From positions 1-25,612 of IMG/VR virus record IMGVR_UViG_3300025751_000129: 25,612 bases of DNA, one strand, 5' to 3'. Origin of the DNA: a virus. Its lineage: Duplodnaviria; Caudoviricetes. Under the pieces are notes generated by a model. That model ran no database searches. It was not told where the DNA came from and was given only the letters and a program-made list of their open reading frames with translations. Positions 16,720 to 25,612 of the stretch are shown one piece after another. How positions within the stretch are numbered: position 1 is the first letter of the stretch; each line of letters opens with the position of its first letter. A program made the position numbers and the translations under genes.

Positions 16720-16744
16720 CAAATGAATAAAAATATGCTATACT
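16716..16744 (+). promoter_or_regulatory. sigma70 promoter for the scaffold/capsid operon
   Basis: TTGACA-N17-TATACT with TGn extended -10. Confidence 0.8.
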
Positions 16745-16773
16745 ATTACTATAGTTAAACATTAGAGGAAACT

Positions 16774-17135
16774 ATGACTCCCGAGCTTGAAACTTATTTT
16801 AATAATTATAACGAACTCTTCAACCACGAAGGTTTCAAACAACTCGTACAAGAACTCTCTACTAATGCTACTCAGCTTGCTGATATTCAAACAGTAAAAG
16901 ACATAGAAGATTTACATTATCGTAAAGGACAAGTAGCTGCCTTTGCAACTATTATAAATTTACAAAACACTATTACTGCCAGCTTGCTGATATTCAAACA
17001 GTAAAAGACATAGAAGATTTACATTATCGTAAAGGACAAGTAGCTGCCTTTGCGACTATTATAAATTTACAAAACACTATTACTGCTGCTAGAGAGCAAG
17101 CAGAAGCAGAAGACGAAGAACCTTTAGATGTTTAA
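16774..17135 (+). CDS. Hypothetical head-module protein (84 aa once repaired), C-terminus shifted by a 107-bp duplication
   Basis: GAGG SD. Removing one copy gives ..LHYRKGQVAAFATIINLQNTITAAREQAEAEDEEPLDV*, overlapping the next start. Confidence 0.75.
16873..17086. repeat. 107-bp tandem duplication, one synonymous mismatch
   Basis: 16873-16979 versus 16980-17086 (GCA versus GCG). Confidence 0.95.
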
Positions 17136-17352
17136 AGTCTATGACTTCCGTTGCACTAACGGACATGTCTTTGAAGAATTCGTACAGCCTGACGTCACAA
17201 CTAGTAGGTGTGGTTGTGGCGCTAATGCTAAGCGATTAGTGTCTGCCCCATCTTTCCACCTTGACGGTGCTTCTGGAGACTTTCCAGGTCAGCACATGAA
17301 ATGGGTTAGGGAACATGAAAAAGCCGGACGCAATAAAAAGAAGGACGCCTAA
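17128..17352 (+). CDS. FmdB-like zinc-ribbon protein
   Basis: YDFRCTNGHVFEEFV..CGCG..AKRLVSAP. Confidence 0.75.
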   Translation: MFKVYDFRCTNGHVFEEFVQPDVTTSRCGCGANAKRLVSAPSFHLDGASGDFPGQHMKWVREHEKAGRNKKKDA

Positions 17353-17409
17353 CGGCTAACCCTTTTACATTTATCTCCATAACCATAATAAAAGGCGGAG
17401 TAGTTTAAT

Positions 17410-18222
17410 ATGTCAAGAGCGACAATTATAGACGAGCGTATTGAAGACGACTCTACAACAACTGATCTTGAAGCTACATCATTTGATGAGCCAACTCAAG
17501 AAAAACCTAAACTGAAAGCCAAACCTCAAGAAGAAGATTTACCAGATAAGTACCAAGGTAAGTCAGTACAAGAAATTGTACAGATGCACCAAGAAGCTGA
17601 AAAGATGCTTGGTCGTCAGTCTTCCGAAGTTGGTGAGTTACGTAAGGTCGTAGACGACTTCATCCATACACAACTCGAAGAAAAGAAACAAACACCTGTT
17701 CAACAGCCCGTTGACGATGATGACGACATTGATTTCTTTACTGATCCTAAATCAGCCGTTAGTAAAGCTATTGAGAATCATCCTAAAATTAGAGAAGCAC
17801 AACAGTACACTGAGCAGTACAAGAAGCAAACCGCACTTGCACAACTACAGTCAGAACATCCTGACATGCAAGAGATACTAGGTGACGCTAAATTTGCTGA
17901 GTGGATCAAAGCTTCTAAATATAGGACTCAGATGTTTGTAGCAGCAGACCAGGAATATGACTATGACGCTGCTAACGAGTTGTTTAGTCTTTGGAAAGAG
18001 CGTAACCAAATGGTTAAGCAGACAGCCAGTGTAGAACGAACAGCACGTAAACAATCTCTCAAAGCTGCAACTACCGGTACTGCTAGAGGAACAGCAGAGC
18101 GATCTCGTAAGAAGACTTATCGTCGGGCTGACATAATTAAACTCATGCGAACCGACCCTGAACGATATCAGTCTATGTCAGACGAGATATTCAAAGCATA
18201 CGCAGAGGGTCGAGTTAAGTAG
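17410..18222 (+). CDS. Capsid scaffolding protein (putative)
   Basis: Acidic and helical; LPDKYQGKS; C-terminal IFKAYAEGRVK; lies directly before the major capsid gene. Confidence 0.8.
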   Translation: MSRATIIDERIEDDSTTTDLEATSFDEPTQEKPKLKAKPQEEDLPDKYQGKSVQEIVQMHQEAEKMLGRQSSEVGELRKVVDDFIHTQLEEKKQTPVQQPVDDDDDIDFFTDPKSAVSKAIENHPKIREAQQYTEQYKKQTALAQLQSEHPDMQEILGDAKFAEWIKASKYRTQMFVAADQEYDYDAANELFSLWKERNQMVKQTASVERTARKQSLKAATTGTARGTAERSRKKTYRRADIIKLMRTDPERYQSMSDEIFKAYAEGRVK

Positions 18223-18245
18223 CCTAATTATCAAGGAGATTTATC

Positions 18246-19238
18246 ATGGCTGGCGAAACCTCTGGAACTTATTTTACAGCTAATGCTGTAGTTGACAAAA
18301 CTGCTGCTGGTACTTTTATCCCAGAAATCTGGAGTGACGAAGTAATTGCAGCATACCAAAAGAACCTCAAGTTGGCACCTCTTGTCAAGCGCATTCAAAT
18401 GGCTGGCAAGAAAGGCGATGTAATTCACATTCCTAAGCCTACTCGTGGTTCAGCGTCTGCAAAAGCAGAAGCAACTGCGGTAACAATCCAAGCAAACCTT
18501 GAGTCAGAGTTGACTGTCACTGTTGACCGTCACTTCGAGTACTCACGTCTGATCGAAGACATCGTAGAAGTACAGGCTCTTAACAGCCTCCGTCAGTTCT
18601 ACACTGAAGACGCTGGCTACCAGCTTGCTCTTAAGGTAGACACTGACTTGCACTCTGCAGGTACAGGCTTTGGTAACGGTGGTGCAATCGTGTACTCTGG
18701 TTCAGTAGCTCCTACTGACTACCAGCACACTGGTTGTTTCTTCAATGACGGTGGTACAACTACTCAGTACACTGACGACACTCTTGTTGCTGGTGATGAT
18801 TTTACTGATGCGTTCTTCCGTGACATGATTCAGAAGATGGACGACAACGACGTTCCTATGGAAGACCGTTGCCTTATCATTCCACCTGCAACTCGTAATG
18901 CCATTATGGGCATTGACCGTTACGTGTCTTCTGACTTCGTAAGTGGTCAGTCAGTTAACAGTGGCCTTATCGGTAACCTGTACGGTGTAGACATCTACGT
19001 GTCTTCTAACTGTGCAACTATCGAAGCTGCTGGTGATAACACTGCAGGAACCGTTGATACACGTGCTGCTCTTCTCTTCCACAAAGACGCAATTGTCATG
19101 GCAGAGCAAATGGCCGTACGTTCACAGACTCAGTACAAGCAGGAATACCTCTCGACTCTGTACACAGCTGACACGCTGTACGGTGTCCAGGTATACCGTC
19201 CTGAAGCTGGTTTCGTTCTCGCAGTACCTTCTGCATAA
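18246..19238 (+). CDS. Major capsid protein
   Basis: 330 aa; FIPEIWS, GDVIHIP, AGYQLA..VD, DDNDVP, ADTLYGV..RPE; AAGGAG SD; followed by a terminator. Confidence 0.9.
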   Translation: MAGETSGTYFTANAVVDKTAAGTFIPEIWSDEVIAAYQKNLKLAPLVKRIQMAGKKGDVIHIPKPTRGSASAKAEATAVTIQANLESELTVTVDRHFEYSRLIEDIVEVQALNSLRQFYTEDAGYQLALKVDTDLHSAGTGFGNGGAIVYSGSVAPTDYQHTGCFFNDGGTTTQYTDDTLVAGDDFTDAFFRDMIQKMDDNDVPMEDRCLIIPPATRNAIMGIDRYVSSDFVSGQSVNSGLIGNLYGVDIYVSSNCATIEAAGDNTAGTVDTRAALLFHKDAIVMAEQMAVRSQTQYKQEYLSTLYTADTLYGVQVYRPEAGFVLAVPSA

Positions 19239-19245
19239 GAACGAC

Positions 19246-19272
19246 AAGAGGGGTCAGCAATGGCCCCTTTTT
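19246..19272 (+). terminator. Rho-independent terminator after the capsid gene
   Basis: AAGAGGGGTCA-GCAA-TGGCCCCTTTTT; GNRA tetraloop and U tract. Confidence 0.85.
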
Positions 19273-19306
19273 CCTTTCCCTCCGTTTTCTGCAATAGGAC
19301 TTTCCG

Positions 19307-22300
19307 ATGTCGAACTACACTAAGACTACAGACTTTGGGGCTAAAGACTCATTACCGACAGGCGACTCTGGTAAGATCATTCGCGGAACTGAGTTTGAAA
19401 CAGAGTTTGACGCGATCTCTACTGCTATCGCAACCAAAGCAGATATTGCAGGTCCGACCTTTACAGGCACGTTGACCTACGAAACTATTTCCGACGGGAC
19501 TATTAGCATTACTGCATTCGTTGATGAAGACGATATGTCGTCCAACAGTGCTAACCTGGTTCCTACACAGCAGTCCGTAAAAGCTTACGTTGACGCTGTA
19601 ACCACAGAACTCCAAGCTCAAGATCTAGACTTCCAAGCTGACACTGGTGGTGCGTTAAACATTGACCTAGACACTGAGACTATGACGTTTACTGGCGGCA
19701 CTGGTATTGATACGTCTGGCTCAGGTAATGCTGTTACCTTTGCTATTGACTCTACCGTTGCAACGCTAACAGGGACTCAGACACTTACCAATAAGACTCT
19801 CACGTCTCCTGACGTAAACACTCCAGACATCGACGGCGGTACTATCGACGGTACTGTCATTGGTGGCACTACTCCTGCCGCTGTCTCTGCTACTACTGTT
19901 TCTGCTACAGGCAACATTACTGTAAACGGTACTGTAGACGGACGTGACGTTGCTACTGATGGCTCTAAGCTAGACGGTATTGAAGCTGGTGCTACTGCTG
20001 ACCAAACAGCCGCAGAGATTCGTACACTGGTTGAAGCCGCTACAGACTCTAACGTCTTTACTGATGCAGATCACAGTAAGCTTGATGGGATAGAAGCAGG
20101 TGCTACAGGTGACCAAACCAATGCTGAGATCAGAGCCGCAGTAGAAGCCGCTACAGACTCCAATGTATTTACCGATGCTGACCACAGCAAACTTGACGGT
20201 ATCGAAGCTTTAGCAGACGTAACGGACACAACTAATGTTACTGCTGCTGGCGCATTGATGGACTCAGAGTTGACTAACATTACTGCTGTCAAGGCTTTGA
20301 ACCAAGGTGTTGCTACTACTGACACTCCAACCTTTGCAGGTCTTGCGACTTCTGCCAATGTGACCTTTGGCGACAACGACAAGGCTATCTTTGGTGCTAG
20401 CTCTGATCTACAGATTTATCATGATTCGAACAATAGTTATATCAAGGATGCTGGAACAGGCTATTTAATTCTTGGCGGTCAAGACACTGGAGTTGCCGTA
20501 CAAAACGGTTCAGGGCAAAACTTAATTTTAACTGGTGCAAATGCTGTTACTTTGTCGTATGGAAGCGCCTCTAAGCTAGCCACAACCTCCACAGGCATTG
20601 ACGTCACTGGTTCAGTAGTTGCTGACAGTTATGATATCGGTGCTTTAGGTACTTTAGGTAGCGTAGCGACAGATAGGTTGTTTATTGCTACTGCTGACGG
20701 TCTTGGACTGCAGTTTGATTTTGATAACAGTAGAATCGTACCAGTAGGCGCAGATGGCTCAACATACAATAACAACGTTAGTTTAGGCGCATCTGGCTTA
20801 GAATTTAAAAACCTATTTTTGTCTGGCACAGTGACCGCTGGTGGTTTGACTGTTGATGGTGCAAGCGGAGAGTTGTTTTTTTCTGCAACTGGCTCAGGCT
20901 CATACGGACAACCAGCGGCGTTTTCAACTGCATCTAACGGCGACAAGCTAAAACTTTACGATGACGACTCTTCATACGAAGGAACCATAGGCGTAGGTAA
21001 CGCGTCTAATATGTGGTTTAAGTCATACAATAGCACCGGAAGTGCAGGAAAAATTGAGTTTTATACTGGAAGCAATAAAGCCGCTGTTATAGAGGCAAAC
21101 AACGACATCAGCTTCTACGAAGACACGGGTACGACTCCGAAGTTCTTCTGGGATAGTTCTGCGGAGTCGTTGGGTATTGGTACGAGCAGTCCATCTAGTT
21201 TCAATCAGGTAGGCGCTGACACGTTAGTTGTAGGCTCTGGTTCAGGCGAGCAGGGAATCACTATTTACAGCGGCACAGCCAACAATGGTGTACTTGCGTT
21301 TGCTGACGGCACTACTACTACACAGCAATATCAAGGTTACATTGGGTATAACCATTCAAGTAACTTTATGCGCTTCTTTACTAGCGCCACAGAAGCCATG
21401 CGTATCGATGCTTCTGGGAATGTTGGTATCGGCACTAGCAGTCCACTTTACCGTTTACATACTCAAATGCCTTCAGATGGGTCAGCAGGAGCCGCTTTTA
21501 GGTATATTGGTGGAACTAATAACCCTGGTCTATTTTTATCTGTTAATGAAAGCACAAGAGATGTTGTACTTAATGCAAGCGGGTCAACATCAGCCAATCT
21601 TGTTTTTAGCACTACTGATGAACGCATGCGTATCGACTCTAGTGGGAATGTTGGTATCGGCACTAGCAATCCCGACACACGTCTTCAAGTACAAACAACC
21701 CATACCTCTACAGACGTAACTGCCGCTAATTCAAACAGTACGTTAAATCTTGGAAATGCTGGTTCAGGGAATAGTGTTTATAACGCGATTAAGTTCTCTG
21801 GCAATCAGCAAGATATGTACATCATGTCGTTTAACAACACCGCTCAAGCAAATAGAAGGATGGGTTTCTTTTTAGGTTCTGTAGCTGGCGATGCAACTAC
21901 TGATGAAAGGCTGTCTATTACGGGAAGCGGTAACGTTGGTATTGGTACTAGCAGTCCAAATGACAAGGTAGATATATCAGGCTCTACTGGAGACGGTTAC
22001 AGGCTTACAGACGGAACACATACAGGCGTTTATCGTTCTATTAGTGGCGGCACAATCCTTAAAACAACGTCTAATCATGCTTTGCTGTTCGGTACTAACG
22101 ATACAGAACGCATGCGTATCGACTCTAGTGGCAACTTGCTGGTTGGTACTACTGACACAGACACACAGAATAACAATGCAGGCTCTACGGCAGATAACGG
22201 TTTTGTTTACAACAGAGGCTCAGGCGGTTATTTAAATGTAGCTAGATATGGCGGAACGGTTGCTTATTTTAATAGAACAAGCACAGACGGAGCCATTGTA

Positions 22301-22822
22301 GACTTCCGCAAAGACGGCTCCACAGTCGGTAGTATTAGTGTTGGTACAAGTGATTTATTAATAGGAAAAGCTGACACACAAGATTGTTTCCTGCGTTTTG
22401 GAACTGGCGGGTCAGCCATTACTCTTTGTGATAGTGATGGCTTAAATTCCAACGACGGTCTAGTTGATTTAGGTCAAAGTAATTACCGCTTCAAAGACCT
22501 CTACCTGTCAGGCGGTATTCATGCAAACAACGCATTTCAAAGATGGAAAGTTGTTGATAACAACGGTGGGTCTGGGATTTTTTCAACTATAACAAATGGT
22601 GAGCCACAAACTGGTTTTCTTTATGCTTATGAGACAGGCACAACAAAATATATAATTGCGGCTCTATTTAAACAAGATGAAAGCTCAGTTGTTATAACTA
22701 CGCAAATTGCAAATAACGGGTTAACTGTAAACGCAACAAATTCTGGCGGGACAATAGCATTAGCAGGCGCTACAACCACTTCAAATGTTCGTATGCAAGC
22801 AGTAACTATAAAGAGGTCTTAA
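19307..22822 (+). CDS. Long modular tail fibre protein
   Basis: 1171 aa, G/S/T rich; N-terminal anchor GTEFETEFDAISTAIATKAD; 37-aa KLDGIE repeats; repeated ERMRIDSSGNVGIGTSSP junctions. Confidence 0.88.
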   Translation: MSNYTKTTDFGAKDSLPTGDSGKIIRGTEFETEFDAISTAIATKADIAGPTFTGTLTYETISDGTISITAFVDEDDMSSNSANLVPTQQSVKAYVDAVTTELQAQDLDFQADTGGALNIDLDTETMTFTGGTGIDTSGSGNAVTFAIDSTVATLTGTQTLTNKTLTSPDVNTPDIDGGTIDGTVIGGTTPAAVSATTVSATGNITVNGTVDGRDVATDGSKLDGIEAGATADQTAAEIRTLVEAATDSNVFTDADHSKLDGIEAGATGDQTNAEIRAAVEAATDSNVFTDADHSKLDGIEALADVTDTTNVTAAGALMDSELTNITAVKALNQGVATTDTPTFAGLATSANVTFGDNDKAIFGASSDLQIYHDSNNSYIKDAGTGYLILGGQDTGVAVQNGSGQNLILTGANAVTLSYGSASKLATTSTGIDVTGSVVADSYDIGALGTLGSVATDRLFIATADGLGLQFDFDNSRIVPVGADGSTYNNNVSLGASGLEFKNLFLSGTVTAGGLTVDGASGELFFSATGSGSYGQPAAFSTASNGDKLKLYDDDSSYEGTIGVGNASNMWFKSYNSTGSAGKIEFYTGSNKAAVIEANNDISFYEDTGTTPKFFWDSSAESLGIGTSSPSSFNQVGADTLVVGSGSGEQGITIYSGTANNGVLAFADGTTTTQQYQGYIGYNHSSNFMRFFTSATEAMRIDASGNVGIGTSSPLYRLHTQMPSDGSAGAAFRYIGGTNNPGLFLSVNESTRDVVLNASGSTSANLVFSTTDERMRIDSSGNVGIGTSNPDTRLQVQTTHTSTDVTAANSNSTLNLGNAGSGNSVYNAIKFSGNQQDMYIMSFNNTAQANRRMGFFLGSVAGDATTDERLSITGSGNVGIGTSSPNDKVDISGSTGDGYRLTDGTHTGVYRSISGGTILKTTSNHALLFGTNDTERMRIDSSGNLLVGTTDTDTQNNNAGSTADNGFVYNRGSGGYLNVARYGGTVAYFNRTSTDGAIVDFRKDGSTVGSISVGTSDLLIGKADTQDCFLRFGTGGSAITLCDSDGLNSNDGLVDLGQSNYRFKDLYLSGGIHANNAFQRWKVVDNNGGSGIFSTITNGEPQTGFLYAYETGTTKYIIAALFKQDESSVVITTQIANNGLTVNATNSGGTIALAGATTTSNVRMQAVTIKRS
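19964..20209 (+). repeat. 111-bp (37-aa) in-frame coding repeats in the fibre
   Basis: SKLDGIEAGATxDQTxAEIRxxVEAATDSNVFTDADH at 19964 and 20075, partial at 20186; many synonymous differences. Confidence 0.9.
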
Positions 22823-22824
22823 TA

Positions 22825-23070
22825 ATGGCTATAGAATTATTTCCAATGGAAAGTGTTAATGAATTAGCTCGCACTAATCGTCAATCAGAGTATCAAAAAA
22901 TAACTGACCCTATGTTTATGCAGGTACAAAGAGGCGAACTTACAATGGAAGAATGGCAAGCGGCTATCAATAACATAAAAACAAAATTTCCTTATGTTAC
23001 AGAAGATTTAGAGCTTGATATTCCAGATGCACCAACTCAAGAATTTATAGTTGAAGCGTCAGAACCGTAA
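22825..23070 (+). CDS. Putative tail fibre accessory/chaperone protein
   Basis: Directly after the fibre; RQSEY..DPMF..EWQAAINNIKTKFPY pattern. Confidence 0.6.
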   Translation: MAIELFPMESVNELARTNRQSEYQKITDPMFMQVQRGELTMEEWQAAINNIKTKFPYVTEDLELDIPDAPTQEFIVEASEP

Positions 23071-23094
23071 ATTATTTAAATTAGGAGAAAACTA

Positions 23095-23400
23095 ATGGCT
23101 ACATGGACTATAGCTAACCTTGAGCGTAACGTGGCAGACGGCGGTGTAACCGTTGCACACTGGCGTGTTACTGAAGAAGAAACTGTTGGTGAAGACACAT
23201 TCACTGCTTCTGCATACGGCACTGTAGGCTTCACACCCGATGCTTCTGCTGACGGCTTTGTTGCTTACGACAGCCTGACAGAAGAAGTTGTCATGGGCTG
23301 GGTTTGGGAATCAGTAAACCAAGAAGAGACTGAGGCGGCGCTAACAGCTAACATCGCAGGACAAAAGAACCCTGTGTCTGCTGATGGTATGCCTTGGTAA
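23095..23400 (+). CDS. Fibre-associated small protein (TWTI..VAHWR..LTEEVVMGWV..GMPW family)
   Basis: AGGAG SD; motif recalled from genes next to fibres in marine phages. Confidence 0.7.
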   Translation: MATWTIANLERNVADGGVTVAHWRVTEEETVGEDTFTASAYGTVGFTPDASADGFVAYDSLTEEVVMGWVWESVNQEETEAALTANIAGQKNPVSADGMPW

Positions 23401-23405
23401 TCGCT

Positions 23406-23525
23406 ATGTGGACTTATAGCTGCAAAGCAGGGGCATATACAGAAAGCACTTTAGTTAGACTCGTGTGGCTTATTTTTACACATAGGCTTCATCACTTGTT
23501 TGCTGAAGGACGTTTTGTAGATTAA
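23406..23525 (+). CDS. Small hypothetical protein (39 aa)
   Basis: Translated by hand: MWTYSCKAGAYTESTLVRLVWLIFTHRLHHLFAEGRFVD; fills the gap; SD is weak. Confidence 0.4.
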   Translation: MWTYSCKAGAYTESTLVRLVWLIFTHRLHHLFAEGRFVD

Positions 23526-23546
23526 TGTTGACAAAGCGAAGCAGTA

Positions 23547-23906
23547 ATGCCTGAGATTGATGACGACACCAAGGTATCTATACCGCTAAGGAACTTAGTT
23601 GCTCTTGGTGCTGGCATCGTTATGGCTACTACTGCTTACGTAACTCTTGACACTCGTATTACTACGGTTGAACACAGCCAAGAAATACAAAACATGAACA
23701 TACAGGAAAACTCTGCGTTTGTTCGTGAATGGCCTTTAGGCTTACGTGGTGCGTTACCGGACGACCTAATACAGAACGCTAAGATTATGGCTCTGGAAGA
23801 ACGCAACGTAGAGATACACGAGTTACGCAGGCAGCTTAACAAGATAGAAGTAGAAATTGGTAAATTAGAAGCTCAGGTAACTGTTGAGCAGAATAATAAG
23901 GAATAG
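23547..23906 (+). CDS. Membrane-anchored coiled-coil protein
   Basis: N-terminal hydrophobic helix LVALGAGIVMATTAYV; C-terminal heptads. Confidence 0.7.
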   Translation: MPEIDDDTKVSIPLRNLVALGAGIVMATTAYVTLDTRITTVEHSQEIQNMNIQENSAFVREWPLGLRGALPDDLIQNAKIMALEERNVEIHELRRQLNKIEVEIGKLEAQVTVEQNNKE

Positions 23907-23996
23907 TCATGGCAGGCAGCTTAACAAGATAGAAGTAGAAATTGGTAAATTAGAAGCTCAGGTAACTGTTGAGCAGAATAATAAGGAATAGTCATG
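23827..23996. repeat. 85-bp exact tandem duplication
   Basis: 23827-23911 is identical to 23912-23996. Confidence 0.95.
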
Positions 23997-24191
23997 TCAG
24001 ACCTAGAGCAAGCGATATCGCGTTTAGAGTCACACGAGCGTGAGTGCAGTATCCGTTATCAAATGATCCAGATGCAACTGGACGCACATAACCAACGCTT
24101 TGACAAACTAGAGAAGATGATGACAGGTGGCTTTGCGTCTATTGCTGTTATCGTTACTGTGGCTATTGCTATCTTGGAGTTTGCTAGATGA
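23994..24191 (+). CDS. Small coiled-coil protein with C-terminal TM helix (XhlA/holin-associated-like)
   Basis: LESHERECSIRY..RFDKLE followed by a TM segment. Confidence 0.65.
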   Translation: MSDLEQAISRLESHERECSIRYQMIQMQLDAHNQRFDKLEKMMTGGFASIAVIVTVAIAILEFAR

Positions 24192-24586
24192 TTGAGTCGC
24201 TCATAGGGCCTGTTACAGGGCTTCTAGACAAGTTTGTAGAGGACAAGGACCAGAAGGCTAAGCTGGCCCATGAAGTCGCTACAATGGCTCAGAGACACGC
24301 TCAGGAGCTTGCTAAGGCACAGCTAGAGGTTAACAAAGTAGAAGCAGCACACAAGTCCTTGTTTGTCTCTGGTTGGAGACCTGCAGTAGGCTGGTGTTGT
24401 GTCTTGGGTATGATGGGTAACTTTATGGTTATACCGTTTACTAACTTTGTACTAGCTCTGTTGGCTGTTGAAGTCACTATACCACTCATTGACCTAGAGA
24501 CTATGATGCCTGTACTAATGGGTATGCTTGGTCTTGGCGCTATGCGCTCTTATGAAAAAACCAAGGGCGTATCAAGGGAAAAGTAA
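24188..24586 (+). CDS. Holin of the 3TM (GTA-release) family
   Basis: LLDKFVEDKD, QLEVNKVEA, SLFVSGWRPAVGW, LMGMLGLGAMRSYEK. Confidence 0.88.
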   Translation: MIESLIGPVTGLLDKFVEDKDQKAKLAHEVATMAQRHAQELAKAQLEVNKVEAAHKSLFVSGWRPAVGWCCVLGMMGNFMVIPFTNFVLALLAVEVTIPLIDLETMMPVLMGMLGLGAMRSYEKTKGVSREK

Positions 24587-25612
24587 ATGGCGTATTATGT
24601 AGGTACACAACAGTTTCCTAGTATCTATGATGCCGTTAGGTACTTAGCAGCTAATCCTCAACTAGGAGCTACTATTACGTCTCAGCCTGTACAAAGCAAG
24701 CCTGCACCTCCGACAAAATCAGGGATGCTTACTGGTACAACCAGTGACCCAACAAAGAGACAACCTGGTGAAACTGGACCGTTTGATCCAAGTGGCGGAC
24801 CTGTAGGCGGAGCAACAGAAGAAACAGGGACTGACACTCCTGCTCCTGCACCAGCACCTGTACCAGAACCAGAACCTGAGCCTGAGCCTGAAGGTGTAAC
24901 TACCTTTACATTCTTTAGAGGTGTCGAAACAGGTGATGCTAACCCCAATGCACTGTATGCAAGAGGTGACGCTACTCAAGTAACTGAAGCTGAACTACGT
25001 GAGTACTTCAATGACGAAGGCTCTAGAATGCTTCAGCAAGCCTTCGGTGACTTTGATAACTATCTTGCTTACATGACTGAGCGAGAAGAGTTGATTCAAG
25101 CTGGTGACTACGATGTAGGTAACTGGGACGAATACACTGGTTCACTAACTGAAGATGAGTTAATGATTCTTGAAGGCGAGGATCTTACTCAGTACACAGA
25201 TGATGACCAAGACGTTTATACGGAAGCCTATGGTCAGCGAATGCAAGAGCAGTCTTCTGCTTATGATCGTTGGGTTAACTCTGAAGAAAACCAAGCGTTA
25301 CTAGCTAAGTACGGTGTAGGTTCTACAATCTACAATAGTGACGGCGACAAGTACGAATGGAACGGCTCTGCTTATGTAAAAACTTACAAAGTAGACGACC
25401 ATATGAGTCCTGGTGATTACCTAAAGTTAGGTATTCAGATAGCTGCTGGTGCTGCTCTTGGTGGTGCAGGAGTCGGTTCTACTGTCTCTTCAGCACTGGG
25501 CTTAAGTGGTACAACAGCTGCTGCTGTTTCTGCTGCTGTTAATTCAGTTCTTTCACAAGCAACAACCAGTATTTTAAGAGGCGAAGGTGTAGACATAAGT
25601 CTCGAAAGCATT
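24587..25612 (+). CDS. Large acidic protein, probably internal virion/ejection protein; 3' end outside window
   Basis: Translated by hand: 342 open codons from MAYYVGTQQFPSIYDAVRYL; PAPAPAPVPEPEPEPEPE linker; acidic domain; then Gly/Ala hydrophobic helices (LGIQIAAGAALGGAGVGS). Confidence 0.75.
   Translation, partial: MAYYVGTQQFPSIYDAVRYLAANPQLGATITSQPVQSKPAPPTKSGMLTGTTSDPTKRQPGETGPFDPSGGPVGGATEETGTDTPAPAPAPVPEPEPEPEPEGVTTFTFFRGVETGDANPNALYARGDATQVTEAELREYFNDEGSRMLQQAFGDFDNYLAYMTEREELIQAGDYDVGNWDEYTGSLTEDELMILEGEDLTQYTDDDQDVYTEAYGQRMQEQSSAYDRWVNSEENQALLAKYGVGSTIYNSDGDKYEWNGSAYVKTYKVDDHMSPGDYLKLGIQIAAGAALGGAGVGSTVSSALGLSGTTAAAVSAAVNSVLSQATTSILRGEGVDISLESI

Noticed and set aside
15089-17086. 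Near-identical repeat pairs as DGR template/variable repeats
   Set aside because: The copies are strictly adjacent with one mismatch each, and no reverse transcriptase is present in the window.
19012-19323. T7 10B-like frameshift extension of the capsid protein
   Set aside because: The overlapping ORF is in the +1 frame, there is no clear slippery heptamer, and it runs through the terminator.
23909-23932. Mini-ORF MAGSLTR
   Set aside because: It is created only by the junction of the 85-bp duplication.
24682-24979. Minus-strand ORFs with GSGSG repeats
   Set aside because: They are antisense shadows of the PAPEPE linker in the plus-strand gene.
1-25612. tRNA, rRNA, integrase or single-subunit RNA polymerase genes; alternative genetic code
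   Set aside because: None were recognised by eye, and the genes read intact in the standard bacterial code.

Overview
A 25.6-kb piece of a lytic podovirus-like dsDNA phage genome, probably marine, with two divergent arms and an SIO1/Cobavirus (Zobellviridae)-like gene set. No T7-type RNA polymerase is present in the visible early region. The left arm (- strand, 1-10157) carries small early genes, a C5-cytosine methyltransferase-like gene and a 54-aa stand-alone sigma70-region-4-like HTH protein that the ORF track misses. It continues with SSB, primase-helicase, HNH, family A DNA polymerase, a PD-(D/E)XK exonuclease, endonuclease I, DUF3310 and a class II (B12) ribonucleotide reductase that runs off the window. 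The right arm (+ strand, 10700-end) carries TerS, an M15 peptidase, TerL, portal, a block of very basic small proteins with a divergent QueC-like enzyme, an FmdB-like zinc ribbon, scaffold and major capsid. It ends with a modular tail fibre, a holin and a large acidic, probably ejected, protein. The divergent intergenic region holds two consensus sigma54 (-24/-12) sites, several sigma70 promoters and a recurring palindromic ACTATAGTT motif. Four tandem duplications (7, 46, 107 and 85 bp) are present; three frameshift genes, including the polymerase, and they are most likely assembly artefacts. All family names come from motif recognition by eye, not from database searches.
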